Shown here in pieces: positions 9,272-19,000 of a stretch of DNA of 64,000 bases. The position numbers and the translations under genes were made by a program. The stretch comes from Deltaproteobacteria bacterium (GTDB lineage: Bacteria > Desulfobacterota > Dissulfuribacteria > Dissulfuribacterales > QOAL01): positions 1-64,000 of the forward strand of contig WGBG01000167.1 in NCBI GenBank assembly GCA_015494395.1, given 5' to 3'. The first letter of the stretch is position 1; each line of letters opens with the position of its first letter. The notes beneath the pieces were generated by a model. The model had not been told where the DNA came from and made no database searches. It saw only the letters and a list, made by a program, of their open reading frames with translations.

Positions 9272-9341
9272 AAATCCTTTTCCTGCTGAAGACAGCTTGG
9301 AAACTGCCTATTTTTTAACTGAATCGATTGTTTGTAAATAA
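9262..9341 (+). pseudogene. Decayed RelE/ParE-type toxin remnant (frameshifted and truncated)
   Basis: An ATG at 9262 overlaps the antitoxin 3' end and reads MQVKILF... then stops at 9316. The adjacent frame continues PAEDSLETAYFLTES... and stops at 9339-9341. Together they mimic the ParE/RelE N-terminus (M.vk..F.p.A..dL.ea..y), but only about 27 codons remain. Confidence 0.45.
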
Positions 9342-9414
9342 AAATGTTGGTCGTACTAACATATTCTTCAACCTTTTGAACGCATAGAAAAAACTGCAAC
9401 CCCACTTTCCTGCC

Positions 9415-10227
9415 ATGCTGACATTCCTGGAAAATCTCGATCCTGACCTGAGCAAGGCGTTAATGGTTCAGATTCGCAATTTGTGGACCCATGCCTCAAC
9501 GGCCATAGAGGGAAACAGTCTTACCCTTGGGGAAACAGCCTTTGTACTTGAAGAGGGCTTGACGGTTGCGGGAAAACCCCTGCGGGATCATGAGGAGGTA
9601 GTGGGGTATGCAAGGGCCATTGATCTGATTTATCAGATTCTGCAGGAGGGGGGAAACCTGACAGAGGAAGCCCTCTTTGCCCTGCACAGGGCAGTGCAAA
9701 CCGAGGCTGTTTTTGATGTGTACAAGCCAATTGGTAAATGGAAAAATCAGCCCAATTCCACTGCTGCGGTGGTCAACGGCAGGCAGGTTATCTTTGAATA
9801 TGCCCTGCCCGTGGATGTCCCGGAACTGATGGGAAGGTGGTTTAACCTTTTTAATGAACTTGAAGATTCAATAAAACCGCAGGACTGGAACCAGGCACTT
9901 GAAGCTTACGTGTGCCTACATGTCTCTTTTGTCCGCATACACCCGTTTTTTGATGGTAATGGCAGGCTTGCAAGGCTTGTGGCAAATATTCCTGTTCTTA
10001 AGGCAGGGCTTCCTCCACTGATTATTCCAAGGGAACAGCGCCAGCAATATATTGAAGCCCTTTCACACTATCACTATGAAGTTGGGCAGGTGAAGGCAGG
10101 AGATGAACTTCTCCCGCAAAAGGAAAAACTGCTACACTTCACTGATTTCTGTAGGCAGGCATGGCACGCTACACGGGAACTGGTGGAAGCAGCCTATGAA
10201 AAACAAAGATTCAGGGAAAAACAGTGA
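9415..10227 (+). CDS. Fic-domain protein (AMPylase family) with intramolecular inhibitory motif
   Basis: 270 aa. Canonical Fic motif HPFFDGNGRLAR, plus an N-terminal STAIEGN that fits the (S/T)xxxE(G/N) inhibitory helix. Confidence 0.9.
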   Translation: MLTFLENLDPDLSKALMVQIRNLWTHASTAIEGNSLTLGETAFVLEEGLTVAGKPLRDHEEVVGYARAIDLIYQILQEGGNLTEEALFALHRAVQTEAVFDVYKPIGKWKNQPNSTAAVVNGRQVIFEYALPVDVPELMGRWFNLFNELEDSIKPQDWNQALEAYVCLHVSFVRIHPFFDGNGRLARLVANIPVLKAGLPPLIIPREQRQQYIEALSHYHYEVGQVKAGDELLPQKEKLLHFTDFCRQAWHATRELVEAAYEKQRFREKQ

Positions 10228-10297
10228 GCCAGGGTTGCAACATATAAACATTTAAATTGAGCGATTGTCAGATTTGCTGCATATCCGCGAAATAGGT

Positions 10298-10546
10298 TCA
10301 ATCTTTTTCACCAGTGAAATATGCCAGGATCTCGTCCGGCAGCGGTTCGTGGATATCATCAGGTATTTTGAAGTCGGGATTTTTTTTCATTAATCCCAGT
10401 GGACGTTTTTTTATGTTGCTGCCTGATAGGTTTTCTTTCAGCAATGGGCTTGTTGCGTCTGCATATAACCACGGTTTCGCCTTTTTCACCTGAGCGAGGA
10501 TGCCGGAAAGGTGGGTCTTAACTTCATTGATATTTAATTGCTGCAT
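10298..10546 (-). CDS. Phd/YefM-like antitoxin, apparently orphan
   Basis: 82 aa. The N-terminus MQQLNINEVKTHLSGILAQV and the C-terminal PDDIHEPLPDEILAYFTG resemble Phd/YefM-type antitoxins. No toxin ORF lies downstream. Confidence 0.55.
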   Translation of the reverse strand: MQQLNINEVKTHLSGILAQVKKAKPWLYADATSPLLKENLSGSNIKKRPLGLMKKNPDFKIPDDIHEPLPDEILAYFTGEKD

Positions 10547-10641
10547 GGTTCTCCTCTTGTTCTGTTTCTGGTTTATCTAAGTTCTCAATATGGTCAGATC
10601 AACAACCAACTTAAAAAATATGTACAGCGAAGACGATCCGC

Positions 10642-11046
10642 TCATGATTTAGGCCCTGCAACATTTCCCGTACTGTCCACTTCATTTACATTCCAGTTTT
10701 CATCCACCCACAGTCCTATTGTTTCGATTTCCGGGTACTGTTTCCGGATAAATTCAACAGCCTTTTTTATGTGTTCAATCTGCGTATCCTTTGGAGCCGG
10801 ATTTCCGGCGCAGTCATGGTGTCCTGTAATGGCTATCCCGGAAGAACAATGTTTTTCAATTGAAATCCTGAGTCGTGCCATAATGGATTGGAGCAGAGGG
10901 GTGTTGCCCTGTTCTGCCAGAATCAGATTTGGCCCAGGTTCAGTAATGGTGTCCACATATTGTGCACCGAATCTGTTTTTAAGGTATTCAATTACAGGTA
11001 ATTGAATTCGTCCATCCATGCAGTTGATAACTGTGCAAAATTTCAT
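10642..11046 (-). CDS. Small protein with beta-carbonic-anhydrase-type zinc motifs (function unknown)
   Basis: Start taken at MKFCTVINCMDGR (ATG 11046), giving an ATGA overlap with the upstream gene. Contains CMDGR (CxDxR) and HHDC (HxxC). Confidence 0.6.
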   Translation of the reverse strand: MKFCTVINCMDGRIQLPVIEYLKNRFGAQYVDTITEPGPNLILAEQGNTPLLQSIMARLRISIEKHCSSGIAITGHHDCAGNPAPKDTQIEHIKKAVEFIRKQYPEIETIGLWVDENWNVNEVDSTGNVAGPKS

Positions 11047-11642
11047 TTTATTTTCTCTTGTTTCCTCTTGTAGGTTGTGGGCTGAGAGCTCAGGCTGTCT
11101 AAATGACAAAGTCTTGCCGCTCCTCCAGGAGCCTTTATTGTCCTGGTCACAGCCGCAGGCACAAGGTGTTCCCAGGGCTTTCCGGCTATGATTAATTTTC
11201 GAATGTTTCCTGCACTGAGTCCTTTTTCTTCAAGCGGTCTTCGCCACATGACCTCTGTTTTCAGCCCGAGGGACTGAAAGATGTTAAGTTTTTTCTCTCC
11301 CCATGCGTCGTAAATTGTCAGAAAGAACGTGGCATCCATGGGGACATAGTTGGAGTAGAGTTCCGGGAAGTTGATGGGAAAGGGGACAATGGAGATCTCG
11401 TCAAGCCGTCCAATTTCGCAAAAACTTTCTCGTATCATGGAGTAGCGCTCATAAAAGGTGAATGGATTGGCATCCGGACTGCTCCTCTCAGGGTCTGCAG
11501 GGTCTTGTTGAGTAAGGGACGGGTCCGGGTTGGTAATGCCAATTACAAGGTGCTGGCAGCGCTCCTTTCCTGCCAGCAGGTATTTCATGTGGTCATTGTG
11601 AAGCAGTTGAAAACGTCCGTGTATCACACCGGTTTTTATCAT
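11043..11642 (-). CDS. NadM-type nucleotidyltransferase (NMN adenylyltransferase-like, cytidylyltransferase superfamily)
   Basis: 199 aa. GRFQLLHNDH corresponds to the GRFQPFHxGH (HxGH) motif, and NPFTFYERYSMI to the NadM NPFTxxER..MI motif. Confidence 0.7.
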   Translation of the reverse strand: MIKTGVIHGRFQLLHNDHMKYLLAGKERCQHLVIGITNPDPSLTQQDPADPERSSPDANPFTFYERYSMIRESFCEIGRLDEISIVPFPINFPELYSNYVPMDATFFLTIYDAWGEKKLNIFQSLGLKTEVMWRRPLEEKGLSAGNIRKLIIAGKPWEHLVPAAVTRTIKAPGGAARLCHLDSLSSQPTTYKRKQEKIK

Positions 11643-12961
11643 TTGTCACTCCTGTTAATAGTGAGATGTTTTCTTTTGCCTGGCCAGAATGGCTGATTAA
11701 CCCGGCAGTCCATAAGCCCCTGGAGCTTTGCCATATCAAGCCAGTTAAGCACCATGTACATCAGGTCCGGGCCGTAAAATGTCCCCAGCCCACCGGAAGC
11801 GCTGGAGATTTCATCAAAGGTGTTTACTCTGTCCTGTCTTATGCCTGGGCCGGTAACCATAAAAGGCACTGACTCTCCAGAGTGGATCAGGGTGCCAGAG
11901 CTTGGCGTTGAGTGGTCGGCCGTGACTGCCACTACAAGTTCGTTTGCAATAAGCCTGTTGATGACACTGCCCAGGCCACGGTCCAGGGATTCTATTACCC
12001 TGACCTTGTTTCCGGGATTCTTGCTGTGGGCGGCTGCATCCGGAGCTTTGGTGTGTACATGGATGAACTGATATTGATTTGAAAGCCTTATTACCTGGTC
12101 AAGTCTATCTGCCAGGTCCCTGCCCGGATCAGTGCTGTCTGTAACCTTCAGTGTATTCATTCCTAAAAACGATGACAGCCCCCAGTAAACCAGTCCGGAT
12201 GAGATTGAAAGTGCATGAAGCCCCCAGCGTTCCTGGAATTTTTCAATATCAAGAAACTTTCCTGCCCGCTGCGTAACAATGCCGTTGACAGGATGTTTTC
12301 CATCACGTTTCCGTTTGACATTCAGGTCATGTGCTGAAAGTATCCTGTAGCACCAGACAAGGTACGAGTTCAGAGCATTGGCTGTATTTATTGTTGCCCT
12401 GTCTTCAGAATATGAGCGCCAGGGTTCAACTTTTATTATAGAACTTTTGGGGATGAAAGGATCAGAGTCGGTCACTTGTCTGCTTACATTTCCTCTGAGC
12501 CTTATTATTCCGTTGGGGCCGTGGGTCTGGTGATAGGTGATATTTATCCCGTTCTGGGTGTATTCCGAGATGGCCCTTGAGAGCACGGCATACTCTTCCT
12601 CGCTTGCCTCCGGCCTGTGTTTTTCAAGGCGCAGGGTGTTATCATCCTGTTCCTTGAGTGCAGCAAAATGTGCAAGAATGGCTACGTCTTCCCGAAGAAG
12701 GGGGATGTCTGCTCCCAGTGCCTCAAGACAGCCGCGGCCAGGGAATTCCTCCTGGTTGTAACCAAACATGGCAAAATGGGCGTTTTCGCTGGGAAGACAA
12801 AGCCCCGGACGTATTGCATAAAAGAACCCATTACATCCCAGGGCTGAAAGCCGGTCAAGGTGAGGCGTGTTGGCTGCCTGCAGCGGAGTCCTGCCCTGCA
12901 GCTCTGGATGTGCCCTGTCACCGAGGCCGTCAAGAAGAATCAGTATAAAGCAGCGTGGCAT
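11639..12961 (-). CDS. Cofactor-independent phosphoglycerate mutase family protein (ApgM / 'proposed homoserine kinase' clade, alkaline-phosphatase superfamily)
   Basis: 440 aa. The N-terminus ILLDGLGDRAHPELQGRTPLQAANTPHLDRLSALG is typical of archaeal-type iPGM homologues. ADHSTP metal-site motif near the C-terminus. Confidence 0.75.
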   Translation of the reverse strand: MPRCFILILLDGLGDRAHPELQGRTPLQAANTPHLDRLSALGCNGFFYAIRPGLCLPSENAHFAMFGYNQEEFPGRGCLEALGADIPLLREDVAILAHFAALKEQDDNTLRLEKHRPEASEEEYAVLSRAISEYTQNGINITYHQTHGPNGIIRLRGNVSRQVTDSDPFIPKSSIIKVEPWRSYSEDRATINTANALNSYLVWCYRILSAHDLNVKRKRDGKHPVNGIVTQRAGKFLDIEKFQERWGLHALSISSGLVYWGLSSFLGMNTLKVTDSTDPGRDLADRLDQVIRLSNQYQFIHVHTKAPDAAAHSKNPGNKVRVIESLDRGLGSVINRLIANELVVAVTADHSTPSSGTLIHSGESVPFMVTGPGIRQDRVNTFDEISSASGGLGTFYGPDLMYMVLNWLDMAKLQGLMDCRVNQPFWPGKRKHLTINRSDK

Positions 12962-13075
12962 GGGAGCTTGTTTGTAATAAAAAATTTTGAAGTTATCGAA
13001 AAATACAATACGAAAGCTTATCTGTATACATATCGTCTATTGGACTTTAGTAAATGTGGGTTTTATAGTCCCGGC

Positions 13076-13675
13076 ATGAAATTTGATCTTCATGTCCATA
13101 CATCGATCTCACCGTGCAGCAGGCTGGGTTTGCAGGAACTCCTTGACAATGCTGGCCGAAGCGGACTTGATGGAGTCTGTATTACTGATCACAATACCAT
13201 GGCAATGCGTAATTACCTGCGGGAAGGCATTCAGGAAAACGGACTGTGCATTATTCTGGGCATGGAGTATAGCACGAGCAAGGGAGATTTCCTAATTTTC
13301 GGACCCTTTGAGGAGCTGAGGCCAGATCTTGGAGCAGAGGAGCTTCTTTCTCATGTAAATAGAACCGGCGGAGTGGCCATAGCAGCCCACCCGTTCCGAA
13401 GCGGAAGATCAACAGATGAGTCCGTTGTCAGGCACAGGCTGTGCACCATTGTCGAGGGTGTAAATGGCCGTAACAATAATTACGAGAATGGCCTTGTTAC
13501 CCGCTGGCAAAGCAGGTACGGCGTTAAAACCGTAGGGGGCTCTGATGCACACTCCCTTGAAGAACTGGGCAGGGTTACCACCTGTTTCAGAGAACCGGTC
13601 CGTGACAGGGCAACATTTGTGAACGCGCTGTTAAAGGGCAGATGGAGCATCGCTGCCCAACAGAATTACTCATGA
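13076..13675 (+). CDS. PHP-domain metal-dependent phosphoesterase
   Basis: Start at ATG 13076 (MKFDLHVHTSISPCS). DLHVHT and ITDHNT are PHP motifs. The upstream part of the listed ORF overlaps the convergent gene and is unlikely to be coding. Confidence 0.8.
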   Translation: MKFDLHVHTSISPCSRLGLQELLDNAGRSGLDGVCITDHNTMAMRNYLREGIQENGLCIILGMEYSTSKGDFLIFGPFEELRPDLGAEELLSHVNRTGGVAIAAHPFRSGRSTDESVVRHRLCTIVEGVNGRNNNYENGLVTRWQSRYGVKTVGGSDAHSLEELGRVTTCFREPVRDRATFVNALLKGRWSIAAQQNYS

Positions 13676-13693
13676 AACATAACGCCAGCAATA

Positions 13694-14617
13694 TTATTCC
13701 ATGCCGCTTGCTGAAACGCCGCACAGCCTCTCCATAATCTCCGCTGCCTCGGGATGTATCAAACCCGCCATTGCCGCAAGGGCTTTAACGAAAGTTACAG
13801 GAGACGGGCTGCAAATAATATCAGGGTTTACCGTATGAACCCTGCCTGCCTTTACTGCCTTCATCTGCCTGAAGCGCATCCATCGTTTACGTTCCCGGGC
13901 GGCAATCCCGGTTTCCGTACCCATAATTGCAATGATGATTACATCAGGGTCCATGGCAAGTACCTTCTCAAGGCTGGCATGACCGGTAAGCTGGTCTGCG
14001 ACTATGTTTTTTCCACCTCCAAGCCTTATGTAATCATCAGTAAATGAGTCATTCACAGAGGCAAAAAGCGGATTTGCCCCAACCTGAAGAAACACGCTCT
14101 GTCTGGAAAAACCGGAGCATGCATCGCTGATGCACTGGACCTTGCGTCTTACCTGTTTAACTATTGTCCGGGCCTCCTTGCCGCATCCCAGAAGCTCGCC
14201 CAGCCGTAACAGGTGGCTGCACAGGGCGTTAAATGAATCAGGTTTTTCAAACCTCACCACCCTTAAGCCCAGGCGCTTTAGTCCATACAGATCCCGTGGC
14301 TGTGTCAATCCGGTGGCAAGCACAATATCCGGCTTAAGCGCCACGATCTTCTCGAGGTTGATCTCCATGAGCGTACCCACCTTTTCCCGATTACGGGCCT
14401 CAGGGGGGCGCACGCAGTAAATGGTGTCCCCAACAAGCCGGCCTCCTGCGCCAAGGAGAAATACATTTTCCGTATTCAGTGGGCCAAGGGAAACAATGCG
14501 GTGCGGGTAGTCTGAAGAAGATGCGCTGGCCGGGACAGAGAGGAAAATGGCGGCAGCAATGAGGAAAACTGCCACCACTCCAGGGATGTTATGTACCACC
14601 CTGATCAGTAATCCCAC
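13694..14617 (-). CDS. Periplasmic substrate-binding protein, BtuF/FecB (cobalamin/siderophore) class
   Basis: 307 aa with a signal peptide (VVAVFLIAAAIFLSVPASA). RIVSLGPLNTENVFLLG...LKPDIVLA is typical of class III binding proteins. GTG start at 14617. Confidence 0.8.
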   Translation of the reverse strand: MGLLIRVVHNIPGVVAVFLIAAAIFLSVPASASSSDYPHRIVSLGPLNTENVFLLGAGGRLVGDTIYCVRPPEARNREKVGTLMEINLEKIVALKPDIVLATGLTQPRDLYGLKRLGLRVVRFEKPDSFNALCSHLLRLGELLGCGKEARTIVKQVRRKVQCISDACSGFSRQSVFLQVGANPLFASVNDSFTDDYIRLGGGKNIVADQLTGHASLEKVLAMDPDVIIIAIMGTETGIAARERKRWMRFRQMKAVKAGRVHTVNPDIICSPSPVTFVKALAAMAGLIHPEAAEIMERLCGVSASGME

Positions 14618-14730
14618 CGTAACCCCATGTAAAAGTTGATGCCCGGCATGGGATAACCCTTTACATAGGCATAGTTTTCGTCAAACAGGTTTCGTATCTC
14701 GGTCATCACCGATACGTCGCTATATGACCA
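14605..14730 (-). pseudogene. C-terminal stump of a TonB-dependent receptor
   Basis: The minus-strand frame reads WSYSDVSVMTEIRNLFDENYAYVKGYPMPGINFYMGLRWDY*. This aligns with the C-terminus of the intact receptor in this window (MLRVDNLFDKYYYEKKGFPKPGIAAYLSYRFEF*). An in-frame stop lies just upstream, at 14767-14769, and no receptor body precedes it. Confidence 0.7.
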
Positions 14731-14787
14731 TTTGTTAATCCTCATTGCCGTTAATGCGCTTAACAGTTAGCAAGTTTTTCTTGGAAC

Positions 14788-14895
14788 GTATCTGCTCAGG
14801 GGCGCTGCAGATGCAAGGCTGGTGTGGCTAAGTTGGAGTTTCAGTAATTCTGGCCTCGGACAATGAAGCAGATGCGGTACACCCTGAGCAGATAC
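14788..14895. repeat. 108-bp element bounded by 14-bp perfect inverted repeats, with termini related to MITE family 1
   Basis: GTATCTGCTCAGGG (14788-14801) and CCCTGAGCAGATAC (14882-14895). The termini resemble the GTATCTATTCAGCG end of the 225-bp family. Confidence 0.6.
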
Positions 14896-15146
14896 ACATC
14901 AACCTAAATTCTGCACTTCAAAAATGAAGAAAAAGTATTTATTTCGTCTAAACACACAATTATGGCTTTATCGCTCCGGTTAATCTGTTCACCTTGTGAG
15001 TAAGTTGATTTTTTCTTCATTTTCTTGCTCTTCGGGATTGGTAATTTTACCGAATCTGCTGCGTTATCAAGGACGTGATATAATAATACGTCTGCACCCT
15101 TGATACCTTGAATCTACGTAAAGCTTTCAAATTGCAGGATTTATGA

Positions 15147-16019
15147 TCAATAATATTTCATAAGCTCCAGTACGCGTTCCAGCCGTTCCGCAAACATGTC
15201 ACTGACCTCAGGATACCAGCAAAGGCCCCTGTAGCACTTCTTGACGTGGCACTCCTGGCCGTGATGCTCAACAACAGGTATGTCAACCTGGCCGAAACCC
15301 ATCTCTTCAAGCCTTTTCCTCCAGCTATCCTCCTCTCCCATAAGGTCATCCATCACATGCAGCCCGGCTGTAAACATCACAGGGATTATACGCACTCCGG
15401 CACCTGACTCGCCCTGATGCTTCCTTGAAAGCATGGCAAACAGCGCGTCTGCATCGGGCACGCCCTCAACAGAGGCGGCATAAACGTTAGGGTAGAGGCC
15501 ACGGACCATCTGTTCAAGCCCAAGGTAAAGGGTATTTACAGGTTCGGCAGCAAGCGGAGAGCCGTGAAGCGCAAGGATGTTTATTCCCTGCTGATCCGGG
15601 AGGAACTCCGGTTCAATTATGGTGAGTACCTGCTTTACGAACTGCCAGCGGTGCATGAGTGTTTCGCCGACTATAATCCTAAGGCCGGGGAAAGATGCGC
15701 AGGTCTCAACAAGCTGTGTGTACTCGGTGCCAGGGAATATATGAAGCGGCTGGACCACTGCCTTTCTGTATCCCCTGCTCTCGAGACTGGAGAGTATCTC
15801 CCTTAGCCCTGGAAGATTCATCTTCCTCCTGATTATATCAGAGGTGTATGCCAGGAAGAGCTCGTATTCACTGAACCGCTCCTGCAGGCGCTGGTTGAAT
15901 TTTTCAATGCCCGCACCTGCCCTGGTGCTGGTTCCAAAGGCTGCAATGACTATTGCCGGTCTTTCTTCAAGGCTGGGCAGCCGCATTTTTCGCCCAATGT
16001 ATCCGAACTTGTCTATCAT
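15147..16019 (-). CDS. cbiK: Sirohydrochlorin cobaltochelatase CbiK-type (class II anaerobic chelatase)
   Basis: 290 aa. PAIVIAAFGTS...IEKF, LHIFPGTEY and a second His-containing half (LALHGSP, IPVMFTAGLHV) fit the CbiK/CbiX fold pattern. No evident signal peptide. Confidence 0.8.
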   Translation of the reverse strand: MIDKFGYIGRKMRLPSLEERPAIVIAAFGTSTRAGAGIEKFNQRLQERFSEYELFLAYTSDIIRRKMNLPGLREILSSLESRGYRKAVVQPLHIFPGTEYTQLVETCASFPGLRIIVGETLMHRWQFVKQVLTIIEPEFLPDQQGINILALHGSPLAAEPVNTLYLGLEQMVRGLYPNVYAASVEGVPDADALFAMLSRKHQGESGAGVRIIPVMFTAGLHVMDDLMGEEDSWRKRLEEMGFGQVDIPVVEHHGQECHVKKCYRGLCWYPEVSDMFAERLERVLELMKYY

Positions 16020-16091
16020 GGTTGATTCACCAGAAAATTCCGTATCTATTTAGCATCCTAAATGGTCCTGTTCTGGAGTGACTCCGCCTCA

Positions 16092-19000
16092 CTACACCTT
16101 CCGTGACATGCCGTAACCCGCAGCGCACACAAGGAGAAGCACAAACAAACCCGCAAGCCAGTCAACACCGGATGATGACATCTTGGCGTCATCCTGCTGC
16201 TCCTGCTCTATCTTTTCCATGCGGTATCCTTCAACTTCTCTTGATTCAACAGCCTTTTTACTGCTGATATCCTGCTGTTTTGTACCCCTGCCCTGCGCCT
16301 TTGGCACATCAGCGGTCCTGGCAGCGTCCCGGCCAGGGGCCTTTGCACTCCGGGCGCTCTGCCTTCCGGCGCTGGAAAGCTCTTCAAGCAGTCTCTTCCT
16401 GTCAAGCACCTGGTCTTCAAGGCTCTTTTTTGCCGCCTGTTCAACAGCCACCCTGAATTTTTCCGCTATTTCCGGAGACAACACGCCCGGCAGGGATATA
16501 AGGGCAGCTACCATCTGGTTCAGCATGGGATTATTGCAGGTATGGTCACAGCACGCCACCCCGTTTTCAACCACGTTTACCGCATACTGTGCTGCCAGCC
16601 GTTGTTTTATCCTGTCGTCAGCCTTCCAGTATCCCTTGCGTATCGCCTCCAGCATTCGGGCCGTTATTGACTGATATGCCCAGGGACTGGCACGCCTGAA
16701 GAAGTCATCCGTCTTGAGCCCGTACTTATCCTCCACGTAAACCTGGTACGATTCGTTCCACTTTGCCTGGTCCACCTTGTCAGGCGTGGTCACCTGCCAT
16801 CCCCAGAGGTACTCAAAGTAGTGGGCCATCTCCCTTGCCCCTGCATAATCTTCCTCCTGCATCGCCTTTATCCACTGGGGATTGAGATACCTGCTCCTGA
16901 TCTCGCGGCCAAGGGTCTTGGCCATGTCTTCCACCTTTACCTGTCCGGGTTTCTGCTGCTGCGTGACAAGAGTTTCCGGCGTATACCCGCTTTCATACCT
17001 GATTGCCATTGCAAGGCCGCCCAGGTACTGAAACATGTCATCGTTATCCAGCAGGCCGTAAACATTGGAGGAGCGTGAATGGAGAGCCACCTCAACGCCT
17101 GCAAGGTTCTCCCGCAGAAGTCCCCTTGCAGGAACTCCCCACCTGCCCTGACCAAATGCGTACCCAACACGGTTTTCGTAAACACCCACCACCTTGGCCT
17201 CATCCTCCCAGAGGCCCGAAGCCCCGGTCATTTCAGAGACACCTGTGCCATAAGCCCCGGGTTTTTCCGAAAATATGCGAAGCCTGCTCAGGGCCTCGGC
17301 CTCTTTTTCATCCAACCCCTTCCGGATCAGGCTGGCCCTGATCCGCCGGGTATTTAGCGCAATGAGATTTTCAATGTCGGTCTGTTTCATGGCAAGTTGC
17401 AGGGCCTGGTCGAGATATTCCAGCTTGTCAGGAAAAAGGTCGCGGTAGAGTCCGGAGGCATTGATCATTACGTCTATTCTGGGCCTTCCAAGCCTTGCCC
17501 CTGGTATTACCTCAAGGCCATCCACCCTTCCGGACGGAGACCACCTTGGCCTGACACCCATCAGGCTCAGTATTGTACATTCATTAACCCCCTCATTTCT
17601 CATGGTCTCTGTTGCCCACAGCACCACTGCCACCTTTGCCGGGTACCTGCCATGCTTCTTCACATAATCATCCACCATCTGGTCCGCTGCCCTGGCGCCA
17701 AGTTTCCATGCGGCAGCAGTGGGTATCCTGGAGGGATTAAAGCCATAAAAGTTGCGGCCAGTGGGTATTGCTCCGGGATTTCTCACAGGATCGTTTCCCT
17801 GTCCAGGCTCCACATACAGGCCGTTGAACCCTGCCAGCAGGGAATTAATCTCCGCAGGGCCCGAGGCCATCAGGCCATCTGTAATCCGTTTCCTGCTCTC
17901 CCCCGGGTTCCTTTTTACTATTGCTCCCGCCATCTCACTGGCATCATCCAGATCAGGACTCTTCCCGAAGGTGTGCAGCCCATCCGGCCTGAGATTTTCA
18001 TTTATCTCCTCCAGGTAGTGGCCAAGCACCCTTACTGCCTCATCATCTGCATTACCCACGCCCCTGTCAGGAAGCTCAGAGGCAATATCCGCCAGTATGC
18101 CGGTTTTCGTGGCAAGTTCCATAAGTTCCCTGAATTTTTCAGGGGCGGTAATGCTGGCCCTGGCCCGTGCACGCTCATACTCATCAACCAGCTCTGCCAT
18201 GCGGGCATACTCCTGGTAAAGCTCCACATCCTTGAGCATGGGCGTGAGGTGGGAAACAATAACCGCCCTGCCGCGCCTCTTTGCCTGTATCCCTTCACCC
18301 ACATCATCCACAATGTATGGATAGATATTTGGTATGTCTCCAATAAGCACCTCAGGGGGACATGAAGGTGAAAGCCCGGCCTGTTTTCCAGGATTCCATT
18401 CGTATGTGGCATGGGTGCCCAGGTGAACCATGACATCGGCCCTGAACTCCTTCTGGAGCCACAGGTAGGCGGCCAGGTACTGGTGATGGGGATATATGGA
18501 CGGGTCGTGATAGAGCTTCATGGGATCGTCTAACCAGCCCCTTGAAGGTTCCGGAAGAAGTACGCAGTTACCGCATAAAACCGCAGGGACAATAATATCA
18601 TTGCCGTCCCTCATTATGAACTGCTCCTCAGGCTCTCCCCACTGTTTTACAACTTCTTTCCTGAATGCCCGGGGAAGGGTGGCAAACCACTTCCGGTATG
18701 TGGAGACTGGTATCCTCACCACGTCAGGAGAACGCATGAGTTTCTCAAGTTCGCCCGGCGCCCATGAACCCACGTTTCTTGCAGAACTCAGGATAAGCTC
18801 CTTTATCTTTTGCCCTGACGGCAGCATGCCAACGTCATATCCCTGCCTGGAAAGGGCCTGCATTATGCTGGCAAGGCTTTCAAACACGTTCAGGTAGCTT
18901 GCCCCCACGTTCTGCTTTCCCTGGCTGTGGTTGTAGAACATCAGGGCAACGCGCCGGTTTTCAGGCGGTTTTTTGCCAAGCGCTATCCATTTGTGAAGCC

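Noticed and set aside
9129-9341. 70-aa ORF overlapping the antitoxin gene as an independent gene
   Set aside because: Most of it is an out-of-frame overlap with the well-supported antitoxin CDS. Only its last ~25 codons are meaningful, as the second frame of the decayed toxin stump.
15060-15112. Hairpin (ATCAAGGACGT…ACGTC…CCTTGAT) downstream of cbiK as a terminator
   Set aside because: The stem is interrupted and no U-tract follows on the minus strand, so it cannot be supported as an intrinsic terminator.
17397-18365. 322-aa plus-strand ORF, the longest 'extra' ORF in the track
   Set aside because: It lies entirely antisense to the well-supported CobN-like gene. Its sequence is low-complexity and Pro/Gly/His-rich with no motifs. 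It is the typical shadow ORF of a long gene on the opposite strand.
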